Virus record (IMG/VR): IMGVR_UViG_3300029258_002856
DNA from: a virus
Strand: one strand, 5' to 3'
Length of the DNA stretch: 64,000 nucleotides
Part shown: in pieces, positions 36,054 through 44,438 of the stretch
Layout: each line of letters begins with the position of its first letter
Numbering within the stretch: the first letter of the stretch is position 1
Made by a program: the position numbers and the translations under genes
The notes under the pieces: model-generated
What the model was told of the DNA's origin: nothing
Databases searched by the model: none
What the model saw: only the letters and a program-made list of their open reading frames with translations

Positions 36054-36925
36054 TGCCTCGAGTTGACCCAGAGACGGAGCTTCCGCTCTACCAGGCGGAA
36101 GACTTCTATGCTCGTACCCTCCCGGCGCTAGGTGGCGCTGCTACTGGCGGTAGGATGATGGGTAAAGCGTACTGGGATGTTTTACGTCCTCGGTGGGGGC
36201 AGACTCAGGGTCTTCTCAACAAGCTGAAAGCGGTCACTGTCGGATTGCCGAAAAAGACGCACCTCGGTATCCTGGGAAGGGGTTTCAAGGGTAGCGTTCT
36301 TGGTGCGCTCACAGGTTTAGGTACGGGACTCGCAGTAGATGCGATGCGAAGACAGGCGCGGGAGTCTTACGCAGCAAAGGCGCAGGGTGAAGGGATGAAA
36401 ACGGCAAAAGAAATCGCGGCGGCTGTGCTCTCCACGGAAGCCCGGGACGACCTCAGCAAGAAGCAATTCGCATTGCCCAAGCAGAAGAAGTATCCCATCC
36501 CGGATAAGACCCATGGGGAGAACGCCTTATCCCGAGTTTCCCAATTCGGCACTCCGGCGCAGCGAGAAACTGTACGGAGTAAAGTTTACAGCAAGTTCCC
36601 GGGTCTCAAGGAACGCTTCAAGAAGCGGGAAGGGGAGTCTCCTACTTCCAAGGAGAACATCCGCAAGGAGAAGCTCGGGGCAGAGCGGATTGCGTTCCGG
36701 GTCCTGGCGAAGACCGCAGCGCTCCAGTCCGGCGCAGAATCGGGCACCAGCGGGGGCCTCGGCATGAATGACCCAACAGGCGCGACCCTTCTCTCTGCGG
36801 CGACGGCGAAGGCGCAGAACCAGCAGAATATGCCGCCCAAGACTGCGCCGACCAAGCAGATGGCGCAGAACACAGGTGGCCCAAAGAAGGCCTCTGTCCT
36901 TCGTTTCTTCAATCGAGAGTGTTGA
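36053..36925 (+). CDS. putative virion-internal protein with DUF6582-like segment
   Basis: FALP..KKYPIPDK.HGENALSRVSQFG segment; MKTAKEIAAAVL and AERIAFRVLAKTA motifs. Confidence 0.6.
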   Translation: MPRVDPETELPLYQAEDFYARTLPALGGAATGGRMMGKAYWDVLRPRWGQTQGLLNKLKAVTVGLPKKTHLGILGRGFKGSVLGALTGLGTGLAVDAMRRQARESYAAKAQGEGMKTAKEIAAAVLSTEARDDLSKKQFALPKQKKYPIPDKTHGENALSRVSQFGTPAQRETVRSKVYSKFPGLKERFKKREGESPTSKENIRKEKLGAERIAFRVLAKTAALQSGAESGTSGGLGMNDPTGATLLSAATAKAQNQQNMPPKTAPTKQMAQNTGGPKKASVLRFFNREC

Positions 36926-36926
36926 T

Positions 36927-38972
36927 ATGCGAGCGAGTCCCGGCAAGAATACGTCCTCCATTCCTTTCCGGTTCAACGGGAAGAACGAGCCCGACGTCAA
37001 TGACGGTGCGGACGGTACCGCCAACGACATGAATGTCATTGATGTCAACTCCGGTCCGGAGGGTGTGCGCTTCGATAACACGCACAACTTTCCGACAGAG
37101 AATGTCACGGAGCACGGGACTACCATGGAGGAGATGATTCCGATGGTAGGTGAACTCCCGAATCCGTATCGGGACCGCTACGAGGTAGCCAAGATAGGTG
37201 GTGTTACGTTGTTCGACCAACTTCTCATCAAACATGGGCTAACGGAAGAAGAGGAAGAGGCGGAAGAGGCTGCTGGGAATCCGGTGACTATTGAAGAGGT
37301 AGCCGAGTTTCTGCGCACCAATCCTAATCCGGAGGACTACGAGCTTCACCAGTGGGCAGAGGCTCGAGGGGTGAGTCCGCATGCGGCTGAAGAGTTGATT
37401 TATCAACTGGCGGCGCAACAGGTGACAGGGAAGCCTCCGGAGGACGTTGTGGAAGGTGGGGATCAGGAGAAGGCGGGTGCGCTCGCCAAGTGGGCCAAGG
37501 GCGTGATCCCCGGAGGTCTTGCTGCGGGAAAACCGGACTCAAAGTATAACAAGCACCAGTTGCAGATGGGGATTGAAGTCGAAAAAGAGCATACTCCTGA
37601 TTCGCAGAAGTCCAAGGAAATAGCCAAGGACCACTTGGAGGAGCACCCGCGTTACTACACAGCGTTGGATGAGATGGAAAAGCGTCTGGAAGAGAAGAAG
37701 GCAGTTCAGCTTCCGCGAATTTTTCGGGCGGTGAAACCTCTGGCTAAGCCGAGAGCAGTGAAAAAAACGCTTTCAATTGGTTCTACGTTGATGGGTCCCA
37801 AGGCTCCTGAGGAGGACAAAAAGAAGTCAGCCCCCTTTATTCGCACTAAACTCTCGTTCTTTGAGGACCTACTTCGTAAGCATGGTCAAGGTGACGAGAT
37901 GGGTGGCGGGCTTGTCAACGAAATTCAGATGATGAAGGCGCGTCAGTCCGAGGAGTCGCACGAGCAGGATATGCGCCATAAGGAGGAGCTTCACCAGCTC
38001 AAGGTAGAGCAACAAGTACAGCAGATGGAGGAGCGGCAGCAGGCGGTCCAGAACAAGCAGATGCAGGACCAGCTTGCTACGCAACAGCCGACCATGGAAC
38101 CGATGCCTGCTCCTGAGCCTCCGGACCCGGAACAAGCACAGGCTGCTATCCAGGGAGCCGACGCACAGAGGAAGAACCGGCCGACGCAGATTGGACCGCT
38201 GGATGCGGAAAAGATTGCGGACGCGGTGCTTCGTCTGGCGGATACTTCCAGTACTTATGACCCGGAAAAAACAGAGCGGGGAATCGGGAAGGTAGTTAAC
38301 GCTCCCCTCAATTGGATTGCGGGGAAAGGGAATCCGGAGACGGAAACTGCTGAACTGCGAGATGCACTCGTTCAACGCTTGGTCGAGACCGCCGGAGAAG
38401 ACCCCGCGAACTACATGGTGCGAGATGAAGACCGGGGGATTTTTGGAATCACCACGGGTCCCGCGGAACAAGACAGTACATGGCTAGGACGTAAGATATA
38501 CGGTAAGGGTCACCACTATCATGTTCCCAAAGGTATGCAGGCCATCTACTCGGACCCAGGACGTGACCCATCCGTCATCGCACATGAGGTGGGACACTCT
38601 CTTCCTGGTACAAATGTCGGGGGCAAAGCCGTGCGGGCACTGGGAGGGGGCACTGGACGTTTCGTCGGAGGCAAAGTGGGACCGGTCTTGGCATTTGCAG
38701 GACATCACGCTGGTTCTTTCCCGGTGAAAGTCACGGGGCTCGGCATTACCGCGGGTACCGGGTTAGCGACGCTCTTGGAAGAGATTCGTGCGAGTCGTCG
38801 TGGGCGTCAGCTTTTGCGGGAAACCGGATATGACATCCCGGGTAAGGAAACCGCTCGGATAACCGCCGCAGGCGGCACGTACGCTCTTTCCCTGGCTCAA
38901 GCAGTGGCGCAGATGATGAATGAGATTCAAAAGCAGAAAGAACTTGATGCTGTAATGTCACAATACGGTTGA
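36927..38972 (+). CDS. multidomain protein: DUF5661-like domain plus C-terminal zincin metallopeptidase
   Basis: QLQMGIEVEKEHT...KEIAKDHLEEHPRYYTAL; IAHEVGH...LEEIRASRRG. Confidence 0.65.
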   Translation: MRASPGKNTSSIPFRFNGKNEPDVNDGADGTANDMNVIDVNSGPEGVRFDNTHNFPTENVTEHGTTMEEMIPMVGELPNPYRDRYEVAKIGGVTLFDQLLIKHGLTEEEEEAEEAAGNPVTIEEVAEFLRTNPNPEDYELHQWAEARGVSPHAAEELIYQLAAQQVTGKPPEDVVEGGDQEKAGALAKWAKGVIPGGLAAGKPDSKYNKHQLQMGIEVEKEHTPDSQKSKEIAKDHLEEHPRYYTALDEMEKRLEEKKAVQLPRIFRAVKPLAKPRAVKKTLSIGSTLMGPKAPEEDKKKSAPFIRTKLSFFEDLLRKHGQGDEMGGGLVNEIQMMKARQSEESHEQDMRHKEELHQLKVEQQVQQMEERQQAVQNKQMQDQLATQQPTMEPMPAPEPPDPEQAQAAIQGADAQRKNRPTQIGPLDAEKIADAVLRLADTSSTYDPEKTERGIGKVVNAPLNWIAGKGNPETETAELRDALVQRLVETAGEDPANYMVRDEDRGIFGITTGPAEQDSTWLGRKIYGKGHHYHVPKGMQAIYSDPGRDPSVIAHEVGHSLPGTNVGGKAVRALGGGTGRFVGGKVGPVLAFAGHHAGSFPVKVTGLGITAGTGLATLLEEIRASRRGRQLLRETGYDIPGKETARITAAGGTYALSLAQAVAQMMNEIQKQKELDAVMSQYG

Positions 38973-38996
38973 CATTCTCCCTTTACTCCGTAAACT
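38969..38996 (+). promoter_or_regulatory. sigma70-like promoter
   Basis: TTGACA-N16-TAAACT. Confidence 0.5.
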
Positions 38997-39098
38997 CGTA
39001 AACGTCACACCTCCTCGGCCGCTGCCGGTTCGGCAATGAAACCTGGGCACATAGGATTTCATCTGGCGCGGTCGTCTGTCTTCTGTTAACGTCCGTTT

Positions 39099-39380
39099 AT
39101 GCCTAGCCCCTTTGAAGGAGTGACGAAAGTCGAGTTCGAACACATTCCGGCTTTCATCCTGGATTTCGTCAAGAACAAGGCAGAGCTGTACGTTGAGCAC
39201 GAGCCAGAAGCTGCACGTACGCTCCGTGTTCCCGAGCTAATAGACGATATTCTTTTTGTTATTGAAGAGATAGAGGACCCGGAGGACAAGATATCACAAC
39301 TCTTTGTCGTCTGGACGAATCTCATCTCGGCGCTCGCGCGTATCGACGTGTTGTCCGCAGCGCGCAAACATCAGGGGTAG
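39099..39380 (+). CDS. hypothetical protein
   Basis: ORF downstream of promoter; no clear SD. Confidence 0.65.
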   Translation: MPSPFEGVTKVEFEHIPAFILDFVKNKAELYVEHEPEAARTLRVPELIDDILFVIEEIEDPEDKISQLFVVWTNLISALARIDVLSAARKHQG

Positions 39381-39416
39381 GCTTGGTACAAGTCTCCAAC
39401 GACAGGAGGTTTTACC

Positions 39417-39932
39417 ATGGCATCGACAAAGACGAGGACGATAGGGCGAGAGGCAGCTGGCTGCATTGCCCTCATCGACTACATCGACGACAAAGTGTTC
39501 GGAGATTTCTTCCCTCTCGTGGAGGGCAACGGAATCTTCCGTATCTACCTCACGGTTCCGTCCAAGGAGATGATGTGGAAGGTCATCTTCCCCGGCTGCC
39601 GTGACATCGGGTTGGACTACGGCCTCAAGGTCCGAGGCCGTTCCGCAGGACGGTTCGACCCCCGTAAAGGGGCCAAAGACCCGCACTTCCGGTTTCGATT
39701 GGACGTCAAGTTGTCGGCGGCCATGCGCAGCTGCCAGCAGCACCAGACGGTCTGTTCGATGCTTTTTCGGGCTCGCTCGGATGCATCGGATGAATCGACA
39801 TTCTGGTCGGCTCAGCGTCAGTATCTTACTAAGCACTTTTCCCAACTGTCGCGGAAGTGGCGAGAGCGGAATAACGTCATCGACGCGGAGTTCGAAGACT
39901 ACTCGTACTCGTATAACGCGGAGGAGTGGTAG
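39417..39932 (+). CDS. hypothetical protein
   Basis: SD AGGAGG. Confidence 0.8.
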   Translation: MASTKTRTIGREAAGCIALIDYIDDKVFGDFFPLVEGNGIFRIYLTVPSKEMMWKVIFPGCRDIGLDYGLKVRGRSAGRFDPRKGAKDPHFRFRLDVKLSAAMRSCQQHQTVCSMLFRARSDASDESTFWSAQRQYLTKHFSQLSRKWRERNNVIDAEFEDYSYSYNAEEW

Positions 39933-40417
39933 CCATGCCGATAGACCAATTCTATGGGATGCTCCCTACCCGCGCTCACAAGATGGCGACCCTCGTGCTG
40001 GAGATGATGGGGTTCCTCGAAGAGAAGTTTCCGGGGGTGATGGAGTGGGATACACGTACTCCGGTCAATCGCTCTAAAGCGCAAATAGTGTTCACCATTA
40101 ACCCCGCACCCAACTCTGTGACAGCGCCGTACATCGCGCAAGAATTGGAAGACATTGTTGACAAGTACGACGCGCTGGCAGATATCGAGACGGTCGGGGA
40201 GGAATTGCGGATAGCCCTGTACGTCGAGCCAGAGTTCGAACATGTAGTTTCGAGCCGTGCCGCGATTGCGGGCGTGGACCCGACAACTGCGTTGATTAGT
40301 TCATTACAGGCGGTGAAGGCGCTCACGGAGGGAAAGACATGCCTCGAGACGGAGGAAAAAAGTCCGGAAGACGTGTTCGACGAGCTATGGCGGGAAAGAA
40401 AAAGAAGAAGCCCCTGA
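39926..40417 (+). CDS. hypothetical protein (distant EKG-family member, FLEEKF)
   Basis: Coupled ORF. Confidence 0.75.
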   Translation: MVAMPIDQFYGMLPTRAHKMATLVLEMMGFLEEKFPGVMEWDTRTPVNRSKAQIVFTINPAPNSVTAPYIAQELEDIVDKYDALADIETVGEELRIALYVEPEFEHVVSSRAAIAGVDPTTALISSLQAVKALTEGKTCLETEEKSPEDVFDELWRERKRRSP

Positions 40418-40764
40418 AGCTCACGCGGAATGAGTTGTCGAAAGCGGCGCAGGCAGTCGAAGGCCTCCAGGTGACCATCCCGCAGTTGCTGGAGATGATT
40501 CAGCAGCAGGCCATCACCAACATGCAGCTCAAGGCGCTCAACGACGCGGTAATAAACGAGATGGTCAAGTTCTTCGACGTTATTTACTCCCGGCTATGCG
40601 ACATCGAAGACAAAGTTTTCGGGGAGAACAAAGGGAAGCTCGAATTGCCGGACGGATACCTGGAAGCTATCCGGTTGACCAAGGAACAAGCTGACGAGCT
40701 CAAGGCCAAAATCGAGAGTGCCATAGGAGAGAAGGATGAGGAGGAACCAGAACCAGCTGGATAA
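40387..40764 (+). CDS. hypothetical protein
   Basis: ATG 40387, MAGKKKKK; coiled-coil like. Confidence 0.7.
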   Translation: MAGKKKKKPLKLTRNELSKAAQAVEGLQVTIPQLLEMIQQQAITNMQLKALNDAVINEMVKFFDVIYSRLCDIEDKVFGENKGKLELPDGYLEAIRLTKEQADELKAKIESAIGEKDEEEPEPAG

Positions 40765-41080
40765 CCTGCGGTGCCCTCAATGCGGTAGCTTCGGGCCGTT
40801 CTACATTACCGTAATTGGAACTGCGGAAGTCGTAGATGAAGGATACGATTCGGGAGATGTGACGGACCTCGATTGGGACAGTAGCTCCTCTTGTGCGTGC
40901 AAGAACTGTACGTTTTCCGACATGGTTAATGGTTTCGAGGACCAGGCGCTTGGCCACTATAACCACCTCAACAGTGACTCAGATGCAAAGGAGAGTGACG
41001 AATGTATCGCTGCGGCTTTTGCCGAGGTTTATCAAATCCTGGAGAGTCGAGACTACTCGTCCCCGACTATCGTGTCGTAA
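40736..41080 (+). CDS. zinc-ribbon protein
   Basis: CPQC...CKNC. Confidence 0.65.
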   Translation: MRRNQNQLDNLRCPQCGSFGPFYITVIGTAEVVDEGYDSGDVTDLDWDSSSSCACKNCTFSDMVNGFEDQALGHYNHLNSDSDAKESDECIAAAFAEVYQILESRDYSSPTIVS

Positions 41081-41175
41081 TCGACAAGAAAACCGACCGG
41101 GAGCGCAAAGAGATTGCCAAGGAGACTCCGGCGTGTGTAGTATGCTACCCGAAGGAGATGAAAAAGCGGGAATAG
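41002..41175 (+). CDS. small zinc-finger protein (57 aa)
   Basis: SD AAGGAG; MYRCGFC...CVVCYP; below ORF-track cutoff. Confidence 0.65.
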   Translation: MYRCGFCRGLSNPGESRLLVPDYRVVIDKKTDRERKEIAKETPACVVCYPKEMKKRE

Positions 41176-41202
41176 GCTATACTTCTCTTCGGGAGGCCGA
41201 CG

Positions 41203-41538
41203 ATGACTAGAGCTGAAATAATTGCTGCTGGACTTGCGGATTTGGAGAAACGGGCGCAGGAGTATCTTTCTGCGGAGCCAGAGCCGGGAGAACATCCTGT
41301 CTTGTCCGAATACCGCAATATCGTGCGTCGCGGAGAACTGGGGGGTACCGGGCTGGGAGCTTTGGCCGGAGGGGGTCTGGGGATGCTCGGACGCAAAGCG
41401 TTCGGGAAGGGGATGTTGCTGCCTGCCGCGGGAGCCCTCGGGGGTGGCTTACTTGGGAAGTATTTCGGGCGTCAGGCCGGAGAAGAAGCGGGAGCCAAGT
41501 CCCTGGAGCAAGCTACGGGCATCCCGTGGGAAGCCTAG
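41203..41538 (+). CDS. Gly-rich putative virion-internal protein
   Basis: N-terminal MTRAEIIAAGLADLEKRA; glycine-zipper-like helices. Confidence 0.7.
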   Translation: MTRAEIIAAGLADLEKRAQEYLSAEPEPGEHPVLSEYRNIVRRGELGGTGLGALAGGGLGMLGRKAFGKGMLLPAAGALGGGLLGKYFGRQAGEEAGAKSLEQATGIPWEA

Positions 41539-42071
41539 ACGTTCTTCAAGAACCATTTCTTCACTTGACCTCTCAGAACCCACGTCCATAGGTATTTCGG
41601 TCCGCTCAGCAAGTCGACAAATGTCATGATGTTGGGTTGAAGCCCAACTTCTTTTGCTGCGTGGTAAGACTCTAGATAGGCTTCGCGCTCGAAGAAGTAC
41701 CGGAACCAGGCAAACAAGACTGGGAGCGGCACAAACAGGTACAGAAAACCGAATACGATAATCCCCAGGATAGCGCATCCAAGACCGAACTGGAGGAAGC
41801 GGTAGACGTGTTTCAGCTCGTGGCGTAACGTAATGTAGTCTTCTTTGCTGATGTGCTTTCTCGACCACCCCAATGGCCAGTAGATGTCTCTACCTAACGT
41901 AGTGACAAATCCTGTGAGAAATGTCTTCATCTGGCCGAAAGACAAGACCAGGAGAATATAGTGGATGGTTTTCCATAGCCAGAGGTTGTCTCTCTTTGTA
42001 CGGATTCGGATTCCGTACTTGGCAACAGCCTCGCGCTCCAACTGTTCGAAAAGTTCTTTCGCGTCGCTCAT
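41535..42071 (-). CDS. membrane-associated HExxH metallopeptidase-like protein
   Basis: LRHELKHV...FEREAY; hydrophobic segments; SD GGAGG. Confidence 0.65.
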   Translation of the reverse strand: MSDAKELFEQLEREAVAKYGIRIRTKRDNLWLWKTIHYILLVLSFGQMKTFLTGFVTTLGRDIYWPLGWSRKHISKEDYITLRHELKHVYRFLQFGLGCAILGIIVFGFLYLFVPLPVLFAWFRYFFEREAYLESYHAAKEVGLQPNIMTFVDLLSGPKYLWTWVLRGQVKKWFLKNV

Positions 42072-42133
42072 GTAGCACCTCCGATAGAAATTATAGAGGT
42101 GATTTGGTAAAGGAAGCTAGAGGAGGAATTTCA

Positions 42134-42784
42134 ATGTCTGAAGAAGTAGCCGTAGTGCCGAGAGCCCTCGTTGAGCAGTGCTTTCCTGGGCAATTTCCGG
42201 GCTTCATGCGCTGGACTGGCGACACTCAGCAAGCTGCTGGGTTCAAGCGGGTCATCGACAATATCGTCTTCATGTCCCGAGAGCGGGCAGAGACGAATGA
42301 GAACTGGTTGCAGACGATTCCGTACTTGCTCTTGTGGGACCCGGACAGGTACCTGATGGCGACGTACTTCCGGTCCAAGAAGTCTGGGGAGGAGCGCTTA
42401 CGGCGTAAAGCTTCCGTGGGATTCGGCGGACACATGAATGAGCGCGATTTCTGGGCTGGACCCCAGGCCGCGTTCTACTTGGCTGCGTTTCGGGAGCTGC
42501 ATGAGGAGCTTTCCTTTGACCCGCCTCTCATGGTGACGGGTCCGCAGATGCATCTCCACGGTCTTATCGCTCTCGATGAGACGGTAGTGGACCGCGTACA
42601 TCTTGGCTTCGTCATCCAAGTCGATGTCACCAGCAAGATTTCGGCGAACGATGATGAGGTTGAGTGGCTAGAGTGGAAGCGACTTAATGGTGCGCTCTTA
42701 GAGCTGGATAATCTCGAGAAATGGTCCTACCATGTGATTAAAGAAGCCTTGGAAAACAGGATAGGTTCTTTGATATCTGAATGA
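42134..42784 (+). CDS. Nudix-like phosphoesterase (COG4112/YmaB-like)
   Basis: R..AE.NE.WLQ.IPY, E.RL....SVGFGGHMN, RELHEEL, VDRVHLG, LEKWS. Confidence 0.75.
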   Translation: MSEEVAVVPRALVEQCFPGQFPGFMRWTGDTQQAAGFKRVIDNIVFMSRERAETNENWLQTIPYLLLWDPDRYLMATYFRSKKSGEERLRRKASVGFGGHMNERDFWAGPQAAFYLAAFRELHEELSFDPPLMVTGPQMHLHGLIALDETVVDRVHLGFVIQVDVTSKISANDDEVEWLEWKRLNGALLELDNLEKWSYHVIKEALENRIGSLISE

Positions 42785-42785
42785 C

Positions 42786-43164
42786 GGGGGTGACTTGGTT
42801 TCGACGTTGATGAATGAAGTGTGCAATGCGTGCCCCGCTTGTGAGCCAGCGGATTAAAAAGACTCTCAACCACAACTGCCGACAACGTAGTTGAACTCTT
42901 CCCGAAGGTCGAGGCGGCTCCGGTCGCCAAGGCTGCTTGAGGGAATGTCCAACCGAGAAGTGCCTGTGTACTCGGAAGGGCATCATCTTAACAGGATAAG
43001 GCTGAGAGGTTGTTCCTCGCCCACCTCAGTACGAAAATCTAAGAGGTCCAATCTAGCCCGAGTTGGGCTCCGTGATGGAGGCTAGAGAGCAGAACGGGCT
43101 ACGCACGTAACGAGTTGTACATGACGCATTGGCGGACCTGGGTTCGATTCCCAGCGCCTCCACC
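42786..43164 (+). ncRNA. ssrA: tmRNA (transfer-messenger RNA)
   Basis: 5' GGGGGTG...TTTCGAC; acceptor stem with G3-U70 to CGCCTCC-A-CC; T-arm GGTTCGATTCC; tag ORF 42878-42940 encoding (A)ADNVVELFPKVEAAPVAKAA stop; terminal A of CCA not encoded. Confidence 0.95.
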
Positions 43165-43400
43165 CAGCGGTCTGAACGGAGACGTGACCAGCATGAGCCT
43201 GACGAGTGAAGGCGTTAACCGTAGCGAGGGTGGGTACCCAGAAGCCCTCACGCCACAACGAGGCAAGGAACAGTGCGAAACAGCGTCCGTGACTTAGAGA
43301 GGAGAGAATCTCCGAGCGGGTGAGAGGCCCGCATTCCAATTCACATAGTTTGGCAGCTGTGTGTGCCCTCTTCCGAGCGAGCGCTGTTAATAAGTCGGCC
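43165..43400 (+). ncRNA. candidate structured ncRNA immediately 3' of tmRNA
   Basis: No ORF; several hairpins and crossed long-range pairings (AACAGCG/CGCTGTT, GACTTA/TAAGTC). Confidence 0.45.
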
Positions 43401-43443
43401 GCGATGACCTCGGGAGGGGGCTTTGTTTTTCAAGGAGCACTTC

Positions 43444-44115
43444 ATGGATGAGCAGGTTATCCAGATACAGACGTACACATGCGCGGATTGTGACCACTTC
43501 ATGGATGACATTCGAGAGAGTGACATTACCGGAGTGCCCAACGGCATGCGTTACTGGTGCGGCAACGAGGAGCTGGACAAGAAATGGTTCAAAGTTACGC
43601 CTGACACTCCGGCGTGTCCCTACCACACGGCGCTCTATGAAGTCTGGCGTGAGCTGAACGAAGGTCTTAGTTTTGACTCGTTCAAAATATCTATGACGGA
43701 CCCCGCATCTTCGGGGATGAAAGGGGAGTTGGAGACTGCGTTTCAGTACCTACTTCGAGATATGATTTCAGCGGTCAAAGAGGTCTTAGACGACCCTACT
43801 CGGAATATGGGGTACTCTTCGGGTAAGTCTATAATGGACATCATACAGGAGGAATGGAATACCGCTGCGGGCGGGCACATGTTCAAGGATGCGTTAGCGC
43901 AGGCAATTACGGATAATCTTGAGATAGGGGTGGAGACGGGTTTGGGGAAACTTGTGTCCAATCTCCAACAACGCTATCGGGTCCTTGCCGCGGTTCTCAC
44001 GACCTACATGATGAACCATGCGGTCCTGGCGATGAAGGAGACGGCCAAACTCGAGCAGCGACTCAAAGAGCTGGAAACCAAATTGAGGAGAAAAGGAGTG
44101 TTGGACGAGGACTAG
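43444..44115 (+). CDS. hypothetical protein with N-terminal Cys cluster and C-terminal coiled coil
   Basis: SD AAGGAG before ATG 43444; CADC.H...YWC...ACP. Confidence 0.75.
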   Translation: MDEQVIQIQTYTCADCDHFMDDIRESDITGVPNGMRYWCGNEELDKKWFKVTPDTPACPYHTALYEVWRELNEGLSFDSFKISMTDPASSGMKGELETAFQYLLRDMISAVKEVLDDPTRNMGYSSGKSIMDIIQEEWNTAAGGHMFKDALAQAITDNLEIGVETGLGKLVSNLQQRYRVLAAVLTTYMMNHAVLAMKETAKLEQRLKELETKLRRKGVLDED

Positions 44116-44438
44116 CCGTCGGAGCTGCCAGAGAACTTGGCAGTCAAACTCTTGCCCATGAAGGCTGCGCCCCGAACGAACTTGTCGACGGCCGCTTGCG
44201 ACCCGATGAACCAGGCAGCGCAGAACCCCATCACGAAGACGATGCCTACCATGAAGGTTGCGAGCGGCCATCCTAGTTCCGGCTGCTTGAACAGCGCGAC
44301 GATGGCCATCGCGCACATGAAGACCTCGACGATGATGAAAGCGATGAACTTCTTACTCCGGTACCACGGCTTCTCCACCTTCTCCAGAGCCTTGTGGTTC
44401 GCTTCCAGAGTCTTCTCCAGCTTCTCCTGTTCCGTCAT
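44112..44438 (-). CDS. small two-TM membrane protein, holin-like
   Basis: KPWYRSKKF followed by two TM helices; SD GGAGG before ATG 44438. Confidence 0.5.
   Translation of the reverse strand: MTEQEKLEKTLEANHKALEKVEKPWYRSKKFIAFIIVEVFMCAMAIVALFKQPELGWPLATFMVGIVFVMGFCAAWFIGSQAAVDKFVRGAAFMGKSLTAKFSGSSDG

Noticed and set aside
43165-43260. HDV-like/theta ribozyme directly after tmRNA
   Set aside because: No pyrimidine-rich L3 or P1.1/P3 nested pseudoknot pattern could be built
43199-43390. Hammerhead-like core (CTGACGA at 43199, GAAA at 43277, stem to GTT at ~43386)
   Set aside because: Stem II pairs only weakly and no stem I partner exists for the sequence before CTGA
43279-43396. Group I intron core suggested by GACTTA/TAAGTC (P7-like)
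   Set aside because: Helix order lacks a P4-P6 domain and P8 in the required positions, and no interrupted gene flanks it
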